Assembly (NCBI GenBank): GCA_038087875.1
Contig: CM075993.1
Coordinates: forward strand, 5,830,001 to 5,894,000
Source: Malacoraja senta
Taxonomy: Eukaryota
Direction: 5' to 3'
Length of the DNA: 64,000 nucleotides
Shown here: positions 41,309-53,865 of the stretch, piece after piece
Layout of the letters: the number at the start of each line of letters is the position of its first letter
How positions within the stretch are numbered: the stretch's first letter is position 1
The notes under the pieces: model-generated
The model's database searches: none
What the model was told of the DNA's origin: nothing
What the model saw: the letters and a program-made list of their open reading frames with translations, nothing else
Made by a program: the position numbers and the translations under genes

Positions 41309-41530
41309 ATCAGGAACGGGCAGTTTGATGAGAAGTACGTTCTGTCTTCCCGAGTGAGAACAGGCCACAGTATCCGAGGGCTGAGCATGCCCCCCGCCTG
41401 CACCCGTGCTGAGAGGAGGGAGGTGGAGAGGGTGACTGTGGACGCCCTGGCCGGGCTGAAGGGCGACCTGGCGGGAAGATACTACAGCCTGTCCAACATG
41501 ACGGAGAAGGAGCAGCAGCAACTCATTGAC
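41309..41530 (+). CDS. CKMT1: CKMT1-like exon 4 ([40 protein letters not shown]...EQQQLID)
   Basis: Clear phosphagen kinase motif SSRVRTG; ttgcag acceptor, gtaagg donor. Confidence 0.95.
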
Positions 41531-41569
41531 GTAAGGCACGGAACCAATGTCTCATCTTCAGCAAGGGAG

Positions 41570-41812
41570 AGGACACTGTCCCATCACACAAACTCGGGGC
41601 AGGGACAGCAGGAGATGGACATAGGGGACAATTCCCTCAACACTGTCACGTCACACACTCCCACGGCTGGGGCAGCAGGGGTTACAGAGAGAGTACAGGT
41701 CCCTCAATACTGTCCCATCACACATTCTTGGGGCAGGATTAGCAAGAGTTAAACACAAGTACAGGCCCTTCATCATTGTCCCGTCACACACACCCACGCC
41801 TGGGACAACAGG
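41570..41812 (+). repeat. ~65 bp minisatellite (actgtcccatcacacactccc...); resumes at ~52820-53030; reverse copies ~57060-57115 and 57735-57890
   Basis: Diverged tandem units visible on both sides of the nested insertion. Confidence 0.7.
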
Positions 41813-42665
41813 GAGAGAATCTCCCGGTTGGTTTGCTCCTCGGTCTGGCCAAGATGGCCGTTCAAAGGTCCAGGCAGCGGGCAGTCCAGGCAGGGCCGGC
41901 CTTAGGAGGTGCAGGGCCCAATTGGGAACAATTTTGTTGAGCCCCAGGTACCCAGCCGAGGTCTGTCAGCCCAGGTATTTAGTATATATTATGAAATTGT
42001 ACACTAAGGCGCTATGGATTACACACTTTCTGAATCTCTCCTGCTCCCGTTTGACTGTCAGTAGCTCCACTGGCTTCCAACCTTTACCGTAGCTGCTAAT
42101 TACCATTAAACTGCATTATATGATTGGACACAATGCCCTTGGAAACAGCGGTTGATTGGCCACCAAATAATCGGGCACAAATTGACAAATAGGAAAATAA
42201 TAAAATGGCTGGTCGGTGCGAACTCAGTGGACTACCTGCGCTGTATCTCCAAACTAAACAGTATAACGTGCAGGTACATTCATTTAAAATAAAATTCAGT
42301 GATTATTTCACATGATTTCTCACTGTATCTGACCAATCTCTGTTTAAGATGTTTGGTCTGCCTTCGGCATTGACTCTGAACTAAAAACCTAAACCAGACT
42401 CAATTGTATCGTCACATTGGACCCAGTAAACTCACTCATCTCTGCATTCAGGAGGCTGCCGTGGTTGGAATCACCGGCTCTGAGACCAGAGTGGGTAAAG
42501 CGACCTGAGATCAATACATAAGATGATAGCTCTTCTCAATTTAAAAAAACAGTGACGTTTTTCACTCTAACCATGATGGCTAGAGCTTCTTGCAAGGTGA
42601 TCTATGACCTTGCTAAGTAAATATTGTCGTAACGTCAGTTGAGGTCAAATGAAGAAGATATTCAT

Positions 42666-43057
42666 TACATAGATACATAGAAAATAGGTGCAGGAGTAGG
42701 CCATTCGGCCCTTCGAGCCTGCACCGCCATTCAATATGATAATGGCTGATCATCCAACTCAGTATCCCGTACCTGCCTTCTCTCCATACCCCCTGATCCC
42801 TTTAGCCACAAGGGCCACATCTAACTCCCTCTTAAATATAGCCAATGAACTGGCCTCAACTACCCTCTGTGGCAGAGAGTTCCAGAGATTCACCACTCTC
42901 TGTGTGAAAAAGTTTTTCCTCATCTCGGTCTTAAAGGATTTCCCCCTTATCCTTAAGCTGTGACCCCTTGTCCTGGACTTCCCCAACATCGGGAACAATC
43001 TTCCTGCATCTAGCCTGTCCAACCCCATAAGAATTTTGTACATTTCTATAAGATCCA
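42666..43057 (-). mobile_element. Short CR1 3' fragment, same subfamily as 53866-55021; a related plus-strand copy lies at 43310-43640
   Basis: Near-identical to 53875-54260. Confidence 0.9.
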
Positions 43058-45316
43058 TGGGCTCCATTGTTCAATGGAGCCCATGGATGTGTCACTGAAA
43101 GCAATCTCCACACTACGTCCCCGCGTTTAATGAAGTGACTTTTGAATTACTTGAAATAAAAGTTGCTTTCTCTTTGTAACAAATGTCAATCGTGCTTCTA
43201 ATGAAAGAGAAATCAATACACTTCTTTCTCTAACCATCCGTAATTCAGTTGACTTTTATTTAAAGTGGAAGATGCAAACATTGTCAGCTCCACCTGGACT
43301 TCACCCAGAGTGACTGGGGAGTCCAGAACAAGGGGCCACAGTTTAAGAATAAGGGGGTAGGTCATTTAGGACTGAGATGAGGAAACACCTTTTCACCCAG
43401 AGAGTTGTGAATCTGTGCAATTCTCTGCCACAGAAGGCAGTGGTGGCCAATTCACTGGATGTTTTCAAGAGAGAGTTAGATTTAGCTCTTAAGGCTAACG
43501 GAATCAAGGGATATGGGGAGAAAGCAGGAACGAGGATATTGATTTTAGATGATCAGCCATGATCATATAGAATGGCAGTGCTGGCTCGAAGGGCCGAATG
43601 GCCTACTCCTGCACCTATTTTCTATGTTTCTGTTTCTATGACTGATAGAAATGAAGGTATCTCGTGCGGGATTTGAAATCCCCGTCAAGTCATAATGTAC
43701 CAATAAAGATGCTCTGCTTTCTTTCCAAAGATTATCTGCTCTAGTTTAGCTTAGTGATATAGCACGGAAACAGGCCCTTCGGCCCACCGAGTCCGCACCG
43801 ACCAGCAATCCCCGCACACAAACACTATGTCACACACACTAGTGACAATTACATTTGTACCAAACCACTTAACCTACAACCTGTACGCCTTTTGAGAGCG
43901 GGTGGAAACGGAAGATCTCGGAGATAACCAATGCAGGTCACGGGGAGAACGTACAAACTCCGTACAGACAGCACCGGTCATCAGGAAAGAACCCGGATCT
44001 CTGGCGCTGTGAGGCAGCCACTGTACCGCTGCGCCACCGTGTCGCGAAGGTTTCTCGTGCGAGATTTGAAAGCCCCGTCAAGTCATAATGAACCAACAAA
44101 GATGCTCTATTTTCTTTCCATAGATTATCTTTTTAGTTTAGTTGAGAGATACAGCGCGGAAACAGGCCCTTCTGCCCACCGACCCCTGCACACGAACACT
44201 ATCCTGCACACTGTTCTTCAGGCTGAGAGTCAGGGGAGAGGGAAACTAGAGGTATGAAAAGATACAGAACAAACCCCAGAACAGAATGATCTGTTCGGTA
44301 CCTTTTCTCACCTCTAGTTTTCCTAATATAATGGAAACTTTTGAACCATTGAAACGAAGATAGACACAAAATGCTGGAGTAACTCGGTGGGACAGGCAGC
44401 ATCTCTGGATACAAGGAATGGGTGACGTTTTGGGTTGAGGCCCTTCTTCAGACCCTTCAACCATTGAACCAGCTCATTGGAGGTCTGAAACCGTGCAGGG
44501 CAATGCACCTTCTAGTTTTGTCCAGCACATTGGGGAAGTGAGTTATGCTTTACTCTAAAACCTTGGCAACAAAAACCTTGACTAACCTGCACACCAAGAA
44601 GAAGCTCGCGGTCTGAGCCCTCAACCATGATGATGAGTTTTAAGAAATTCTCAATGTCGTCAATGCATCGATCTACATTCCTCAGTGTAATTGTGTTTTG
44701 ACCAAGTATTAATGACATCGCGTTCCTTTGAATAAAATTCACAGGCCATCATTAATACTTGGTCAAAACACAATTACATTTAAACCCCTGTCTCACGGTG
44801 CGAGCTGACCCACGAGGTACCCCGAGCTTAAAACAAATTTAACTCGTGGTAATCACTTACGATTAACGTAGTGGGAACGTCGGCACTCGTGGACGCAACT
44901 TAGCGACTCGTGGTGCTAACGGCAGGTACCCGTGAAACTTGTTAACTCTTGAAAAAGTTCAAACATGTTTAAAGTTTTCCACGAGTAAAATTTCCTCTTG
45001 AGGTTAAAAATGGAAACATTTAAACTCGTTGTAAGAACTTGGTGGCCCTTGAGTTAAACTTAGTGACTTTTGAGTCTACCGTGTTGGATTAACGTTTCGA
45101 GTGCGATCTTTCATCAGAGCCCCGTTTAATTAATAAATCCAGCCACGGTATTTTGACATCAGTTACAATTTCTTCCGGAATATGATCTATTTTGCTTTAA
45201 TTCATAAAATGTCAAAAATACATATAAACTCACCCACTTTCCTCATTCTTTGCCGCGAATACAGATCAATTTAAAAAAAGTCTCAAACCTTTGTACGTAT
45301 GGTGTAAATTGATAAT

Positions 45317-48142
45317 AACCATAACCATATAACCATATAACAATCACAGCACGGAAACAGGCCATCTCGACCCTTCTAGTCCGTGCCGAACATGTATTCT
45401 CCCCTAGTCCCATATACCTGCGCTCAGACCATAACCCTCCATTCCTTTCCCGTCCATATAACTATCCAATTTATTTTTAAATGATAAAAACGAACCTGCC
45501 TCCACCACCTTCACTGGAAGCTCATTCCACACAGCCATCACTCTCTGAGTAAAGAAGTTCCCCCTCATGTTACCCCTAAACTTCTGTCCCTTAATTCTCA
45601 AGTCATGTCCCCTTGTTTGAATCTTCCCTACTCTCAGTGGGAAAAGCTTATCCACGTCAACTCTGTCTATCCCTCTCATCATTTTAAAGACCTCTATCAA
45701 GTCCCCCCTTAACCTTCTGCGCTCCAAAGAATAAAGCCCTAACTTGTTCAACCTTTCTCTGTAACTTAGTTGCTGAAACCCAGGCAACATTCTAGTAAAT
45801 CTCCTCTGTACTCTCTCTATTTTGTTGACATCCTTCCAATAATTAGGCGACCAAAATTGTACACCATACTCCAGAATTGGCCTCACCAATGCCTTGTACA
45901 ATTTTAACATTACATCCCAACTTCTATACTCAATGCTCTGATTTATAAAAGCCAGCACACCAAAAGCTTTCTTTACCACCCTATCTACATGAGATTCCAC
46001 TTTCCGGGAACTGTGCACAGTTATTCCAAGATCCCTCTGTTCACCTGCATTCTTCAATTCCCTACCATTTACCATGTACGTCCTATTTTGATTTGTCCTG
46101 CCAAGATGTAGCACCTCACACTTATCAGCATTAAACTCCATCTGCCATCTTTCAGCCCACTCTTCCAACCGGCATAAATCTCTCTGTAGACTTTGAAAAT
46201 CTACTTCATTATCCACAGCCCCACCTATCTTAGTATCATCTGCATACTTACTAATCCAATTTACCACACCATCATCCAGATCATTGATGTACATGACAAA
46301 CAACAGTGGACCCAACACAGATCCCTGTGGCACCCCACTAGTCACTGGCCTCCAACCTGATAAACAACCATCCACCATTACTCTCTGGCATCTCCCATTC
46401 AGCCACTGTTGAATCCATCTTGCTACTCCACCATTAATACCCAACCATTGAACCTTCTTAACCAACCTTCCGTGAGGAACCTTGTCAAAGGCCTTACTGA
46501 AGTCCATATATACAACATCCACGGCTTTACCCTCATCAATTTCCCGAGTAACCTCTTCAAAAAATTCAAGAAGATTAGTCAAACATGACCTTCCAGGCAC
46601 AAATCCATGTTGACTGTTCCTAATCAGCCCCTGTTTATCCAGATGCTTATATATATTTTCTCTAAGTATCCTTTCCATTAATTTGCCCACCACTGACGTC
46701 AAACTAACAGGTCTATAATTGCTAGGTTTACTCTTAGACCCCTTTTTAAACAATGGAACAACATGCGCAGTACGCCAATCCTCCGGCACTATTGCCGTTT
46801 CCAATGACATTTGAAATATTTCTGTCATAGCCCCTGCTATTTCTACACTAACTTCCCTCAATGTCCTAGGGAATATCCTGTCCGGACCTGGAGACTTATG
46901 CACTTTTATATTTCTCAAAAGTGTCAGTACTTCCTCTTCTTTGAATCTCATAGTTTCCATAGCTACTCTACTTGTTTCCCTTACCTCACATAATTCAATA
47001 TCCTTCTCCTTGGTGAATACCGAAGAAAAGAAATTGTTCAATATCTCCCCCATCTCTTTTGGCTCTGCAGATAGCTGTCCACTCTGACTCTCTAATGGAC
47101 CAATTTTATCCCTCGTTATCCTTTTGCTATTAATATAGCTGTAGAAACCCTTTGGATTTACTTTCACCTTACTTGCCAAAGCAACCTCATATCTTCTTTT
47201 AGCTTTTCTAATTTTTTTCTTAAGACACTTTTTACATTTTTTATACTCCTCAAGCACCTCATTTACTCCATGCTGCCTATAATTATTGTAGATCTCTCTC
47301 TTTTTCCGAACTAAGTGTCCAATTTCCCTTGAAAACCATGGCTCTTTCCAGTTTTTACTATTTCCTTTCAACCGAACAGGGACATAAAGATTCTGTACTC
47401 CTAAAATGTCACCTTTAAATGTCCTCCATTTCTCTTCCACATCTTTCCCATAAAACAAACTGTCCCAATTTACTCCTTTTAAATCCTTTTGCATCTCCTC
47501 AAAATTAGCCTTTCTCCAATCAAAAATCTCAACCCTAGGTCCAGTTCTGACCCTCTCCATAATTATATTAAAACTAATGGTATTGTGATCACTGGTCCCG
47601 AACTGTTCCCCAACGCATACCTCTGCCACCTGACCCATCTCATTTCCTAACAGGAGGTCCAGCACCGCCCCTTCTCTAGTAGGTACTTCTATGTATTGCT
47701 GCAAAAAACTATCCTGCACACATTTTACAAACTCCAACCCATCCAGCCCATTTACAGAATGTGTTTCCCAGTCTATGTGTGGAAAATTGAAATCTCCCAC
47801 AATCACTACCTTGTGCTTACTACTAATATCTGCAATCTCCTTACATATTTGCTCCTCCAATTCTCGCTCCCCATTTGGCAGTCTATAATACACCCCTATG
47901 AGTGTTGCTACCCCTTTCCCATTTCTCAGTTCCACCCAAATAGCCTCCCTAGAAGAGCCCTCTAATCTATCCTGCCAAAGCACTGCTGTAATATCTTCCG
48001 TGATAAGCAATGCAACACCTCCACCTCTTGCCCCTCCAATTCTATCACACCTGAAGCAACGAAATCCTGGAATATTTAGTTTCCAATCACAGCCCTCCTG
48101 CAACCATGTTTCACTGATCGCCACAACATCATACTTCCAGGA
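45317..48142 (-). mobile_element. Young CR1 LINE, nearly complete open ORF2 (APE endonuclease + RT), 5'-truncated
   Basis: ORF 45404..48172: ISETW, GDFN, SDHN, QGSVLGP, YADD; (atggttat)n tail; probable GATAAT TSD. Confidence 0.96.
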
Positions 48143-51102
48143 GATAATGATCTCCTTGCAAAGCTTTCTCACAGTTGGACTAATCTGATGCGGTAAATAA
48201 TGATAAGATTACCGCTGAAATGTTGTTAAAGGCAGCAAGTTTCAACTTTGATTTATGTCGGGTCTCAAAGTTTGAAAGTAATTGTGAGTCTAGTCAAGCA
48301 TAAAGCAGTCCAAAGAGAAGGCAAGCCGAAAACCAACCAAGAAAGTTTCTCATAAACCATGAATTTAAAATCTTCAGATTAGCAATGATTCCTCGAGACA
48401 GCTGCAGTTTTAAGAGGCTATATATTTCATTTCCCATGGTTATTTTCATGTATTCCAACATCGTTTTCTCGTCGGATCAACAACTTTGTTGATAGTTGCT
48501 TCTTGTAACTCAGATAAACACTAATATTTCATGAACAAGTTCTCTTGTGATTTAAGACGTCTTAATGCTCTCTAAATTGGACGACACCGTCAAAATCTTT
48601 CGTCCCCTGCAGCTTTAGTTGGTTGAAAGGAATCAACTTATTTCATATTATGAACGTTTCATTTCCATTCCTTATGCTAATTACGAGAACCCCTCCCCTT
48701 GTCACTGCACAAGTAAAGGGTCAGTTGTCCTCGCCAGAACTAATAAAGTTATTTTGCAAGTTTAAGGGATTTAATAGTTAGTATCGGAACACAGTCTTTT
48801 ACTATATGTCTCAAAATGGGAACAAAAAATCTTATAGGATATATTATTTTACAAAGACCAGGTCTCCCACCATTGACTCCATTTACACTCCACGCTGCCT
48901 CAAAACATATATAATCAAAGACTTGTCCCATCCCGGTCATTTCTTCTTCTCCTTGCTCCCGTCCGGCGGGCAGTGCAGAAGTTTGAAAGCGCCAGCCTCG
49001 GGAACAGCGTCTTCCCCTCTATTATCAGGTTTCTTTAAGGTCTTTCTATAACCGAAGGTACTGTCCGATTCACCTCTGCCTCATTACGGACATTTGGACT
49101 CCCTGTGCAACTGGTGCGGTGCAACGCTGAGAACTGTATTCTGCACTCTGTATACTGCACTTCGATTCGTACTTGAGTTTGACCATTATAATTAAGTATA
49201 ATATTATTTTATCTCATAGAGTCAGTCATACAACACGGAAACAGCTTATTTGGTCCAATTTCTCCAAGCCGAACATGGCGCCCCACATGCCAGCGTATGG
49301 CCCATATCCTTCCCAACCGATACTATCCATCTGATAAGATAGTATGCAAAACAAAGCTTTTCACTCGGTACATGTGACAATAATGAAATAATAAACACAT
49401 TTTTCTATAATTTATTTGAATCGTTGCTGTATTTTATTGCTAACCTAAATTTAGCAAGCAATTTTAAGCCATTCCCTGGCAATATAACTACATTTCACTT
49501 GCTATTTTAATAATTATGTCCGAACAAAATTCTACAGCAAGAGTGACATTTGTAAAATATATAACGTATACACTCTTTTTTTTGATAAATATATGTAGAG
49601 TAGTAAATATATTTTCTGCCAGCAGATGTTAAAAAGTGACATAATCCTGCATATTTCCTTTGGGGTTTTTTTTTACCAATAGTTTAATACATTAGACCAC
49701 AGTTATAAAAATAAATAGTTAAAGACTATAAACTGTAGCCAAAGGAACAATATTTTGAGAGTTTGCTATATTTGCAGAATCGAGCATTGCAATGTAGTTT
49801 CTTGTGAATTAACGTGGTGCTTTCTTATTTTGATTGAAAAGCAAGAATCCAGTCACTGATTATAGGGTGCAGGTAATATTAAGCTGCGCACCCCCTGTTT
49901 CATAGGATATCATATGAAGGAGAAACTAGATTTGAGACACCAAATCAGCCGTGATCTACCTGGACGGCAGAGAAGACTCAAGGATTGCTTACTACAGCTT
50001 AAATTTATTACGTCCTTATTAACGGCCAGTATTTGAAAGGTTATCCTTTAAATGAAATAGTTATTGCCATTCCTAAAGCCTTTTGCGAAAACTTAAACCG
50101 TGGTTTATTATTAAGATACTTGAGAATGTTGTTTCATTAACAAATGCTCCTGCAGTTACTGAGATCAATTTAAAAACACAACAGTGCCTTCAGTGGATTT
50201 ATTTCTAAAAAAAAACGTTATTCATAAAAGGATGTACAGGATATGCAATACACCAATGCCATGTGTAATTTCAAAAATAATCTTTCTCCTGAATAAAAAT
50301 ATGTATAAAACAAAAACCGTGCGAAATCTTTTCATAGATTCTTAGTGGTTAATGCCTTCGGTATTTTTCTAAAATAAACTTTACTCAGAATAAGAAATGT
50401 GCACAAATCAAACAGTGCAATGCATTATCAGTGTCTATACATTCAATAGTGTCATACTTAGGACTGTTTCCATCTATATTTAAACTAAACTCTCTTGTCG
50501 CTATGTGCCCCTTGGGGTGATATCCCTACCCTTGTCTGACGGGTGTCCCTATTTCAATATCCTGCAGCAGAAGGGCCATAGACTGTGGTCCAAATGAACT
50601 GCACGTAAATGCAATGCAGATACAAATATTCTGCGTCTGTGTCTGCCATTTCCATCTTTAAGGCTTCCATGTCACAATTGCCAGTTCAATGAGTAATTCG
50701 GCTTAATTCAGATTTTATATGCGGATGCAAATAGTTTAATTATAAAGTTTAAATTCTATTAAATATGTTACAGGGAAAAACGTCCAGCAATGAAAGGACA
50801 TCCCTGTATTTAAATAGCGCCCATCACAAACTCAGGAGGTTCCAACGTCTATTACAGTAAAGGAAGTACAGTGAACGTACTTGGATAAACATAATGTTGA
50901 GCATGAATATTGTTTTGTTTAAAAACGATGGTAACAAGGCTTGTAAATATGCAAAGGCAGACAAAAAATGCTGGAGAAACTCAGCGGGTGAGGCAGCACC
51001 TACGGAGAGAAGAGATATGCGATGTTTCGGGTCGAAACCCTTCTTCAGTAACACTATAGCTTATTAAAACAGACCTTCATTCACGTTTGGCTCAAGAGTA
51101 AC

Positions 51103-52052
51103 GTTCTTCATTCTTCAGGGAACGGGGGTTCCCCTCCTCCACCATAGATGAGGCTCGCACCAGGGTCTCTGCCATACCCCGCAACACTGCTCTCTCTCCC
51201 CACCCCCCCACTCACAACAAGGGCAGAGTCCCCCTAGTCCTCACCTTTCACCCCACCAGCCGTCACATACAACAAGTGATCCTCCGTCAGTTTCGCCACC
51301 TCCAACGTGGCCCCACCACTCGCCACATCTTCCCATTTCCCCCCATGTCTGCCTTCCGCAAAGACCGCTCCCTCCGTAACTCCCTTGTCAATTCTTCCCT
51401 TCCCTCCCATACCACCCCCTCCCCTGGTACTTTCCCTTGCAACCGCAAGAGATGCAACACTTGTCTCTTCACCTCCCCCTTCGACTCCATTCAAGGACCC
51501 AAGCAGTCGTTCCAGGTGCGACAGAGGTTCACCTGCATCTCCTCCAACCTCATCTATTGCATCCGCTGCTCTAGATGCCAGCTGATCTACATCGGTGAGA
51601 CCAAGCGGAGGCTTGGCGATCGTTTCGCCGAACACGTCGGGTCGGTCCGCAATAACCAACCTGACCTCCCGGTGGTTCAGCACTTCAACTCCCCCTCCCA
51701 TTCCGTATCTGACTTCTCTGTCCTGGGCCTCCTCCATGGCCACAGCGAGCAACACCGTAAATTGGAGGAAATGCACCTCATATTCCGCTTGGGCAGTCTA
51801 CATCCTGGGGGCTTGAACATTGAATTCTCCCAATTCTGCTAGCCCTTGCTGTCCCCTCCCCTTCATCAGCCCTCTGGTTGTCTCCTCCCCTCCCCCAGCC
51901 CTCAGGCTCCTCCTCCGCCTTTTTCCTTTTTTCCTTTCTTCTCCCCACCCCCTATCAGTCTGAAGAAGGGTTTCGGCCCGAAACGTTGCCTATTTCCTTC
52001 GCTCCATAGATGCTGCTGCACCCGCTGAGTTTCTCCAGCATTTTTGTGTACC
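51103..52052 (+). mobile_element. Penelope-like retroelement fragment with open GIY-YIG endonuclease ORF
   Basis: ORF 51276..51842 has NLIYCIRC..C..IYIGETKRRL..RF.EH; 17 bp TSD TTTGGCTCAAGAGTAAC (51086-51102, 52053-52069). Confidence 0.92.
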
Positions 52053-53169
52053 TTTGGCTCAAGAGTAACTCGGGAGACGAACTTGGAACATCACAGAAAT
52101 GACAAGTTAACGGCAAACGTAGTCATACCCGTGGGAACTCGGTTAAACTCTTGATCATACACTTGGAATCTCGTACACAACCACGAGTCTTTCACTCGGG
52201 GTACCTTGTGGGTCAACTCGCACCGTGAGACAGGGCTTTTACTGAGGAATGTGGATCGATTAATTGATGACACATTGTATAACTACGTGTTAACTACTGG
52301 CTGTTAACCTGCTGGTAGTTAACACATCGTTTTTGTCTGATGGCCGGTGCAGTGGTTTTTATCCATGTTCGTTTAAAAAAAGAAAATCCGTATTTAACAA
52401 GGCAAATGTTTAAAAAATTGTATTTAGCAACGCGAATTCGTATTTCCGTACGAAATACGGAAAATTAGCGCGGGGCGCCCCATTGGCGCGGGGCCCAATT
52501 GGGAGCAATCGGTCCAATCGGCTTAAGGCCAGCCCTGAGTCCAGGGTTCCATCCAAGTCAACTGCCTGTCCCTCTTCCGGGCGTACGTCCGTGCCTCTGT
52601 GTCCCTTTAGAGGAGCACACAATGTCCACGGGGACTCTGGAGGCCTTCCGTGAATGCTGGTCGCCACAGGGGATTGAGTGTATTGTGGATAAGGAGCACA
52701 GCATTGTAATTTGACGACTGTTTGATGGATGTTTGCAAACTGCCTGGCAGTTTTGATCTTTCCTGTACTCCACATCTGTGATTAATTGAATAAAAGCTCC
52801 TTGTTAAGGAAATAATAGAACTGGGCCAGCAGGACCTAGGGAGACAATACCGTTTCCTCAATACTGTCCCTTCGCAAACTCCCAGGGCAGGGGCATCAGG
52901 GGTTAGACACAAGTACAAGTCCCTCAATACTGTCCCACCACACACGCAACATTGTCCATTGCACAATCTGAAGGCATGGGTTAGCTACAGAATGAAACAC
53001 CTGCCCCATCACACACTCCCAGACATACAAGTTCAGGCTAGACTCTCACACATCCGCAAAGATTCATCTTGGAAAGGCTCAGGAGCTCACAAATGGACAC
53101 TGGCCGACTGGCTAGTTTATGCCAAATGGACATAACAGGTTTAATAAGGATAGACTTTTTCATCCCCAG

Positions 53170-53255
53170 GATCATTTCATGTTTGAGAAGTCCGTGAACC
53201 CTTTCATGATGTCTACGAGGATGTTGAGGGATTGGCCTGATGCCCGTGGGATTTG
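53170..53255 (+). CDS. CKMT1: CKMT1-like exon 5 ([29 protein letters not shown]), diverged
   Basis: [10 protein letters not shown] motif; ccccag acceptor, GT donor, 86 nt. Confidence 0.92.
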
Positions 53256-53865
53256 GTGTGTCCATCTGTCTACCTGTCCTGTCCACCTCTTTCAGTTATA
53301 GGTGACCAGGACCTTTGGAAACCTGCTCCAGTCTTTCCTCCTCTTTCTCTTCCTCTTCCCCATTTCCTCAATCCTCGGTCCCAACTCTCCCCTGACTTGG
53401 ACAAGGCTTGCTACCTTGTAACCAGGAGAAACCACACAGGACTTCATCTTGTCTTTGGTAAACCCAAGGACATTTGCACCAGTTCTATGATCAGAACTGG
53501 TCAGGGGAATGGGAGGTGGGTGTTCATGGAGGGAGTGATGGGTGCGGCAGAGGGCAGATTGAAGCACGAAGATGGTAAATCTAAGTCCATAGCATTCACA
53601 CAGAGGGTGGTGGGTATATGGAACAAGCTACCAGTGGAGGTGGTTGAGACAGGTATAATAACACCATACAAGGCATTTGGACAGGTACATGGATAATGTT
53701 TAGAGAGATATGGGCCAAATGTGGGCAGGTGGGACTAGTGTAGATGGGGCATCTAGGTCGGCATGGGCAAGTTGGGCCGAAGGGCCTGTTTCCGTGCTGG
53801 AGGAATTTAAAAGCAACACATGTTAACGGTGGGGATGGTGCAGATAATGGAGGGGTGGATACTTA

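Larger units (their letters stand above)
44783..52238. mobile_element. PIF/Harbinger-type element nested in the hAT
   Basis: ~44 bp TIR AAsCCCTGTCTCACGGTGCGAGyTGACCCACrAGGTACCCCGAG; TTA TSD (44780-44782, 52239-52241). Confidence 0.85.
41891..52537. mobile_element. hAT-type DNA transposon, 10.6 kb including nested insertions
   Basis: TIR CAGGGCCGGCCTTA / TAAGGCCAGCCCTG; perfect 8 bp TSD AGTCCAGG (41883-41890, 52538-52545); subterminal gggcccaattggga at both ends. Confidence 0.9.
41815..52815 (+). mobile_element. Tx1/L1-clade LINE 3' fragment split by the hAT (41815-41890 and 52546-52815)
   Basis: Joined translation LLLGLAKMAVQRSRQRAVQG-SIQVNCLSLFRAYVRA...LEAFRECW..QGIECIV* resembles a Tx1 ORF2 C-terminus; AATAAA tail. 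Confidence 0.75.

Noticed and set aside
41570..41812. Repeat-spacer-like periodicity (CRISPR-like)
   Set aside because: Diverged eukaryotic minisatellite with no unique spacers; the window has no prokaryotic features.
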